Positions 58,368-64,000 of a stretch of 64,000 bases of DNA are shown piece after piece. The position numbers were made by a program, and so were the translations under genes. This DNA is from Candidatus Latescibacterota bacterium (GTDB lineage: Bacteria; Latescibacterota; UBA2968; UBA8231): assembly GCA_965223905.1 (NCBI GenBank), contig CBDCXV010000009.1:192001-256000 (forward strand). The letters are read 5' to 3'. Every line of letters starts with the position of its first letter. The stretch's first letter is position 1. Under the pieces are notes generated by a model. That model ran no database searches, was not told the origin of the DNA, and saw only the letters and a list, made by a program, of their open reading frames with translations.

Positions 58368-59213
58368 CTATGGGTGCAGCTCCAGCTCGCGGGCGGTTGC
58401 GTATGTGAGCTGTGCCAGCTCGGCCGCCGATTCCCCCTGTCGGGGGGTGATCACCTCGAAGGTCCACAGGCCCCGGTAGCAGACGTCCCGCAGCGCCTGG
58501 CGAATCGCCGGCCAGTCGAGATCCCCCTGTTGCGGGGCCCAGTGGTTGTCCTGCGGGTCCTCACCGTCGACGTCCTGCAGATGGGTGCCCCACAGGCGCT
58601 CGCCCGCAGCCCTGATTTCGCCGGCCGGGTCGTTGCCCACAGTCCAGGCGTGGCCGGTGTCGACGACCAGTCCCACCGCCTCCTCCGGGTAGTCGCCGAC
58701 GAGGCCGCGCAGCCCGGCCATGTTCAGGAAGGGGTAGTGGCAGTGGTAGGGCAGGTTCTCCAGCAGCATCCGCACCCCCGACTCGAGCGCCACCGGCACC
58801 AGGTCGTCGAGGGAGCGCCGCGCCGCGTCCGACATGATCCCGGTCAGCTCCGGCCGTTCGGGATCCTCGACGAATCTCGGATTCGGCACCGGGTGGATGA
58901 CCATGCCGGCGGCGCCGATGGCCCCCGACAGGCGCAGGAACTCGCCTAGCAGCGCCGCCTTCTCCCGCCGCCAGTCCTCCTCGGGGGCGGCGAGCACGTT
59001 GCGCATCATCGGCGCGTGCACGGTGCCGGCGCGCAGGCCGGACCCCTCGATCCGCGCTTGCAGCTGCTCGAGTTCCCTGCCGGTGAGAACCCGTTCGGGG
59101 TCTCCCTCCAGCGAGGAGATCTCGACGTGGGAATACCCTGCCGCGGCGATCTCTTCGAGAGCCTTCGCGAGCGGCTGGTCCTTGAATCCTGCGGTAGCGT
59201 AGCTGATCTGCAT
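58368..59213 (-). CDS. Sugar phosphate isomerase/epimerase (xylose isomerase-like TIM barrel)
   Basis: GGAGG RBS; HVEI; TVHAP; VIHP; LLENLP; VVDTGHA; THLQD; TFEV. Confidence 0.9.
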   Translation of the reverse strand: MQISYATAGFKDQPLAKALEEIAAAGYSHVEISSLEGDPERVLTGRELEQLQARIEGSGLRAGTVHAPMMRNVLAAPEEDWRREKAALLGEFLRLSGAIGAAGMVIHPVPNPRFVEDPERPELTGIMSDAARRSLDDLVPVALESGVRMLLENLPYHCHYPFLNMAGLRGLVGDYPEEAVGLVVDTGHAWTVGNDPAGEIRAAGERLWGTHLQDVDGEDPQDNHWAPQQGDLDWPAIRQALRDVCYRGLWTFEVITPRQGESAAELAQLTYATARELELHP

Positions 59214-59238
59214 CGGTCCGGTCCTCCATTGGAATAGG

Positions 59239-59871
59239 TTACATGACGAGAACAGGTGCTCGATCTCGGCGAGGGCGACGTCCAGCTCCCGCCGGTCCGC
59301 GTCGTCGAGCGCCGCGGCGCCGGGCTGGCGCATCAGCCCGGTCTGCAACAGCCCCCGCCTGACCAGCACCTCTTTTGACGAAGGGGAGCCCGAGGTTGAA
59401 GGTGAGGTGGATGAAGGGGGCGACCTGGTTGTAGATCGCCCGCGCCCCGGTCCTGTCCCCTGCCTGGAAGGCGTTCCAGATTTTCACGTGGACGTCGACG
59501 ATCTCCACGGAGGGCATGAAGCCGTGCGCGCCGCGCTCGAGCTCGGAGGGCATCCAGCGGCACCAGCCGCCCCCGATCACGCCCCAGCAGCCGGGCAGGT
59601 CGGCCTCGAGAAGGCCGCTGATGTGGTGGGCGCTCGGCTCCATCTCCTCCTTGATGTAGCGCACGTGCTCGACCTCGGTGAGCAGACGCTGTCTCTCCCC
59701 GTCGGACAGGAACTGGAACTCGCTGCCCAGCACCGGGTAGACGAGGCCGTGGGCGCCCGCCTCGATGCAGAAGGCGACCTGCCGCGCCATGCTCTCCATG
59801 TCCGGCTCGCCGTCTGCAGCCAACGCCGTCTGCACCACCGGTAGAATCCCGCGAATTCGCTCCTCGCCCAT
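59239..59871 (-). pseudogene. DHDPS/DapA-family lyase with an internal deletion and a frameshift
   Basis: RGILPVVQT...GAHGLVYPVLGSEFQFLSDGERQRLL joined directly to TEVEHVRYIKEE; shift in an AAAA run near 59375 before EVLVRRG. Confidence 0.75.
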
Positions 59872-60115
59872 GTTCGGCCCTCCGGCCGGCACCGCTGCGC
59901 CGGCTCCTGTCTGTCAATGGAAATGCGCCTGCCGCAGGCGCGGGATCGCCCGCCCTGCCATCGTCCGTCGCGGACCCGGGCGCGGTTCCACAACAAAGCA
60001 CCCCTGGATCGCGGCCACAAGCCGCGGCCATTCCCTTGCCGCCGGCCCCCCCGGGCCCGTTTATCCTTCGCCTCGCGTCCAAGTTCACCGCTTGCCCAAC
60101 TATTCAGACTCCGAG

Positions 60116-60880
60116 ATGAAACCTGCACGCCGAATCCTCGGCCGCATCGCCGCCGGCCGGCTGACCACCGGGGTGCTCGTCACCGAGCAGCTGTTCCCGC
60201 AGATGGTCGACTACTTCAAGACCGTCGGCCTCGACTACATGATCGTCGACTGCGAGCACGGCGCTTTCGACGACGGACTCGTGGCCGACGTATGCAGCCT
60301 GGGACGCATGGCGGACTTCGCCGTGCTCCTGCGGCCGATCGACTGCGACTACTCGACCATCCGCCGCGCCATCGACCGGGGGCCGTGCGGTTTTCTGCTT
60401 CCCTCGGTGGATTCGGCCGCCGACCTCGACCGCGTGCGCGAGGCCATCTACATGCCGCCGCGCGGTCTGCGCAGGCCGGGGGGCCTGGGCAACTACTGGG
60501 TGTCCGACTACTCGGCCGAAACCTGGAGGGCCGAGGTGGAGGAGGACTTCATCGTGCTGCCGCAGATCGAAACGGTGAAGGGCCTGGAGAACGCCGGGGA
60601 AATCGCCGCCCACGAGCTCACCACGGCGATCGCCATCGGGCCCTACGACCTGTCCCATTCCATCGGCGTCAACGCGCAGATGGACCACCCGGAGTTCCTG
60701 CGGGCGGTGGCGCGCATCCGCGAGGCGGGCGAGAAGGCCGGCAAGACCATGTGGGAGATCGGCGATGCCAGCCTCGTCGCCCGCGGCTGCCGCTTCATCT
60801 GCCTCGGCGAGGCGATGGCCCATCTCAGGGGATCGCTGTCGCAGGGAATCGAGAAAGCGAGAGAGGAGGCCGGAGGATGA
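60116..60880 (+). CDS. HpcH/HpaI aldolase family protein
   Basis: DYMIVDCEHG; YMPPRGLR; LPQIETVKG; IAIGPYDLS. Confidence 0.9.
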   Translation: MKPARRILGRIAAGRLTTGVLVTEQLFPQMVDYFKTVGLDYMIVDCEHGAFDDGLVADVCSLGRMADFAVLLRPIDCDYSTIRRAIDRGPCGFLLPSVDSAADLDRVREAIYMPPRGLRRPGGLGNYWVSDYSAETWRAEVEEDFIVLPQIETVKGLENAGEIAAHELTTAIAIGPYDLSHSIGVNAQMDHPEFLRAVARIREAGEKAGKTMWEIGDASLVARGCRFICLGEAMAHLRGSLSQGIEKAREEAGG

Positions 60881-61860
60881 GCAGGTTCGCCGACTACGAG
60901 AGGGAATTCTTCGCCAGCCAGCTCGACTCCTTCCTTCCGGACCGCGTCTTCGACGCGCACACCCACCTGTGGCGCAAGGAGTTCGTCGAGTGGTCGGTCC
61001 CCGGCGGGCCCGACGACGTCGGCTACCCCGAGCACTGCGAGTTGATGCAGGACCTGCACCCCGGCCGCCATACCGCGGGCCTGTTCCTGCCCTCGGTAGC
61101 CCTCGGCGGCGACGGCAGCTTCCGGCGGCAGAACGGGTGGGTCGCCCAAGCCGTCGCCGCGGCCCCGGACTGCCGCGGCATGTTCTTCGTCAGACCGGAG
61201 GACGACCCGGAGTGGGTGCGCCAGGAGGTGAAACGGCTTGGATTGCACGGCCTCAAGTGCTACCACACGATGGCCTCGGTGAAGCCGACCTGGGAGGCGG
61301 AGATCCCCGACTACCTGCCGGAGCGGCTGGTGAAGGTCGCCGGCGAGGAGGGCTGGGCGATCACCCTGCACATGGTGAAGTCGCGGGCCGCGGCCGATCC
61401 CGGCAACATTCACTGGATCCGCCGTTACTGCGAGACCTACCCGAACATGCGGCTGATCCTCGCCCACTCGGCGCGCGGGTTCCAGCCGGCGCACAACCTC
61501 GAGGGCCTGCCGCAGCTGGCCGGCCTCGACAACCTCTACTGCGACACCAGCGTCAACTGCGAGCCGATGGCCCACCAGGCGATCATCCGCTTCCTCGGGC
61601 ACGACAAGCTGATGTACGGGACCGACCTGCCGGTCTGCCACGGACGCGGCCGGTCGGTGGGGGTCGCCGACACCTTCCTCTGGCTCGGAGAGGAGCAGCC
61701 GGTCTGGGAGGAGAAGCACCAGACCATCCAGCCGCTGGCCATCGGCCTGGAGCACCTGCGCTCGATCAAGTGGGCCTGCTGGGGGGAGCGCCTCGGGGAC
61801 GCCGCGGTCGAGGACATCTTCTGGAACAACGCGGCGCGGCTGTTCGGCATCGAGGACTGA
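60877..61860 (+). CDS. Amidohydrolase family protein
   Basis: GGAGG plus ATGA overlap; VFDAHTH; GLKCYH; TLHMV; ILAHSARGF; LMYGTD. Confidence 0.9.
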   Translation: MSRFADYEREFFASQLDSFLPDRVFDAHTHLWRKEFVEWSVPGGPDDVGYPEHCELMQDLHPGRHTAGLFLPSVALGGDGSFRRQNGWVAQAVAAAPDCRGMFFVRPEDDPEWVRQEVKRLGLHGLKCYHTMASVKPTWEAEIPDYLPERLVKVAGEEGWAITLHMVKSRAAADPGNIHWIRRYCETYPNMRLILAHSARGFQPAHNLEGLPQLAGLDNLYCDTSVNCEPMAHQAIIRFLGHDKLMYGTDLPVCHGRGRSVGVADTFLWLGEEQPVWEEKHQTIQPLAIGLEHLRSIKWACWGERLGDAAVEDIFWNNAARLFGIED

Positions 61861-61888
61861 CGGGGAGGCCGCAGGAGGTGAGGACCCA

Positions 61889-64000
61889 ATGGCCCTGAAG
61901 AAATCCCAGCTCTACTCGTCGCTCTGGCAGAGCTGCGACGAGCTGCGCGGCGGCATGGACGCCTCGCAGTACAAGGACTACGTCCTGACGCTGCTGTTCA
62001 TGAAGTACGTCTCGGACAAGTACGCCGGCAGCCCCGACGCGCTTATCGAAGTTCCCGAAGGCGGCGGCTTCGCCGACATGGTAAGGCTCAAGGGCGACAA
62101 GGAGATCGGCGACAAGATCAACACGATCATCGGTGAGCTCGCCGAGGCCAACGACCTCAAGGGAGTCATCGACCAGGCCGACTTCAACGACGAGAGCAAG
62201 CTCGGCGCCGGCAAGGAGATGCAGGACCGGCTCTCCAAGCTGGTCGCCATATTCGAGGGCCTCGACTTCCGCGCCAACCGCGCCGAGGGGGACGACCTGC
62301 TCGGCGACGCCTACGAGTACCTGATGCGGCACTTCGCCACCGAGTCGGGCAAGAGCAAGGGGCAGTTCTACACCCCGGCCGAAGTCTCGCGCATCATGGC
62401 CAAGGTGGTCGGCATCGGCCCGGATACCCGGCAGGACCAGACCATTTACGACCCGACCTGCGGCTCGGGCTCGCTTCTGCTCAAGGCTGCGGACGAGTCG
62501 CCGAGGGGCATCACCGTGTACGGCCAGGAGATGGACAACGCAACCTGGGCCCTGGCCATGATGAACATGATCCTGCACGGCCATGAAACCGCCGAACTCT
62601 GGCGCGGCAACACCCTGGCCTCCCCGTACTTCAAGCACCCGAAGGGAAGCCTCAAGACCTTCGACTTTGCCGTCGCCAATCCGCCCTTTTCGGCCAAGGC
62701 CTGGTCCAGCGGCATCGATCCGGTCAACGACGAGTTCAGGCGTTTCGAGTACGGAATTCCTCCGGCGAAGAACGGGGACTACGCCTTCCTTTTGCATCTG
62801 ATCACTTCGCTCAATAGCAGGGGAAAGGGCGCGATCATCCTGCCGCACGGCGTGCTGTTCCGCGGCAACAAGGAGGCAGCCATCCGCAGGAATCTCATCC
62901 TCCGGGGCCTCATCAAGGGGATCATCGGCCTGCCCGCCAACCTCTTCTACGGCACCGGCATCCCCGCCTGCATCCTGATCCTCGACAAGGAGAACGCCCA
63001 CGCCCGCAGCGGCATCTTCATGATCGACGCGAGCAGGGGCTTTCTCAAGGACGGCAACAAGAACCGCCTGCGCGCGCAGGACATTCACCTCATCGTCGAC
63101 GTGTTCAACCGGCAGACCGAGGTGCCGCGTTATTCCCGCATGGTGCCGGTGGCCGAGATCGCCGATCCCGCCAACGACTACAACCTCAACCTTCCGCGCT
63201 ACATCGATTCCAGCGAGCCCGAAGACCTCCACGACCTCGAGGCGCATCTGCAAGGCGGCATACCCGACCGCGACCTGGACGCGCTCGATACCTACTGGAA
63301 CGTCTTCCCCTCGCTGCGCCAGGCGTTGTTTGCCGGCAACGGCAGGGCGGGCTACAGCGAGGCGCGGGTCGAGACGCCGCAACAGAAGGCGGCCATCCTC
63401 GGAAACCGGGAGTTCAAGTCGTACGAGGCGCGTGTCGCTGGTATCTTTGAGGCATGGCGTGAGGCGCACGAGCCGGTTCTCAAGGGACTGGAGGCGGGGG
63501 CCGATCCAAAGGAGGTCGTCGGCGGTTTGTCGGAAGATCTGCTGAAGAGATTTGCCGACTTGCCGCTGCTCGATCCATACGACGTGTACCAGCGGCTGAT
63601 GGACTATTGGGAAGAGGAAATGCAGGACGACGTATATCTCATTGCCGCTGACGGCTGGACCGAGGCCGCCAGGCCGCGCGGCATCATCGAGGACAGGGAA
63701 AGGAAGATCAAGGAGACGGCGGATCTCACGATCAAGCGCAGGAAGTACAAGATGGACCTGATCCCTCCGGAGCTGATCGTCGCGCGCTACTTCGCCGATA
63801 AACAGGCCGCCATCGATGCGCTACAGGCAAGACAGGAAGCTGCCGCCCGCGAGCTGGAGGAGTTCGTTGAAGAGCACACTGGCGACGGCTTGCTGGAGGA
63901 TGCGGTCAACGACAAGGGCAAGGTCACCAAGGGCGGCGTGACAGAGCGGCTCAAGGCTATCCGATACGAGCTGGAGAGCGACGAGGAACGCGATGCCCTC
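61889..64000 (+). CDS. hsdM: Type I restriction-modification DNA methyltransferase subunit M (runs off the window)
   Basis: GGAGGTGA RBS; MALKKSQLYSSLWQSCDELRGGMDASQYKDYVL; GKSKGQFYTPAEVS; YDPTCGSGSLL; VANPPFS; LPHGVLFRG; absent from the ORF track because no stop lies in the window. Confidence 0.95.
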   Translation, partial: MALKKSQLYSSLWQSCDELRGGMDASQYKDYVLTLLFMKYVSDKYAGSPDALIEVPEGGGFADMVRLKGDKEIGDKINTIIGELAEANDLKGVIDQADFNDESKLGAGKEMQDRLSKLVAIFEGLDFRANRAEGDDLLGDAYEYLMRHFATESGKSKGQFYTPAEVSRIMAKVVGIGPDTRQDQTIYDPTCGSGSLLLKAADESPRGITVYGQEMDNATWALAMMNMILHGHETAELWRGNTLASPYFKHPKGSLKTFDFAVANPPFSAKAWSSGIDPVNDEFRRFEYGIPPAKNGDYAFLLHLITSLNSRGKGAIILPHGVLFRGNKEAAIRRNLILRGLIKGIIGLPANLFYGTGIPACILILDKENAHARSGIFMIDASRGFLKDGNKNRLRAQDIHLIVDVFNRQTEVPRYSRMVPVAEIADPANDYNLNLPRYIDSSEPEDLHDLEAHLQGGIPDRDLDALDTYWNVFPSLRQALFAGNGRAGYSEARVETPQQKAAILGNREFKSYEARVAGIFEAWREAHEPVLKGLEAGADPKEVVGGLSEDLLKRFADLPLLDPYDVYQRLMDYWEEEMQDDVYLIAADGWTEAARPRGIIEDRERKIKETADLTIKRRKYKMDLIPPELIVARYFADKQAAIDALQARQEAAARELEEFVEEHTGDGLLEDAVNDKGKVTKGGVTERLKAIRYELESDEERDAL

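Noticed and set aside
61766-63469. 567-aa minus-strand ORF
   Set aside because: Antisense to hsdM, which has clear methyltransferase motifs on the + strand

Overview
A GC-rich bacterial chromosomal segment with about 48 genes, several of them disrupted. The gene content suggests an FCB-type organism, probably a Latescibacterota/Gemmatimonadota-like marine or sponge-associated bacterium; this is inference from TonB receptors, an FlgD/T9SS-like C-terminal domain, an internalin-like LRR protein, Kelch and LVIVD repeats, a DUF6785/6784-like membrane protein, and many PhyH, aldolase, amidohydrolase and dehydrogenase paralogues. In order, the window holds: a stand-alone 32-aa membrane peptide; a TlpA-like protein with five unusual ~30-aa repeats; a YtrA-type GntR/ABC operon; LacI; a collapsed hybrid kinase pseudogene; two TonB receptors; VIT-vWA and LRR proteins; PhyH, enolase and cupin genes; yejABEF plus an extra yejA; aldolase and dehydrogenases; an ABC-ATPase/DUF4276-like pair (candidate defence system); polB; a frameshifted higBA; nfuA, moeA and acs; a GH172-like gene; a PhyH/flavin reductase/amidohydrolase/Rieske operon (candidate dinuclear monooxygenase); sugar-acid catabolic genes; and the start of a type I R-M hsdM. 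I saw no rRNA, tRNA, CRISPR array, integrase or intact transposase. Family calls come from motif recognition only; no searches were run. Most frameshifts lie in homopolymers and may be long-read errors.
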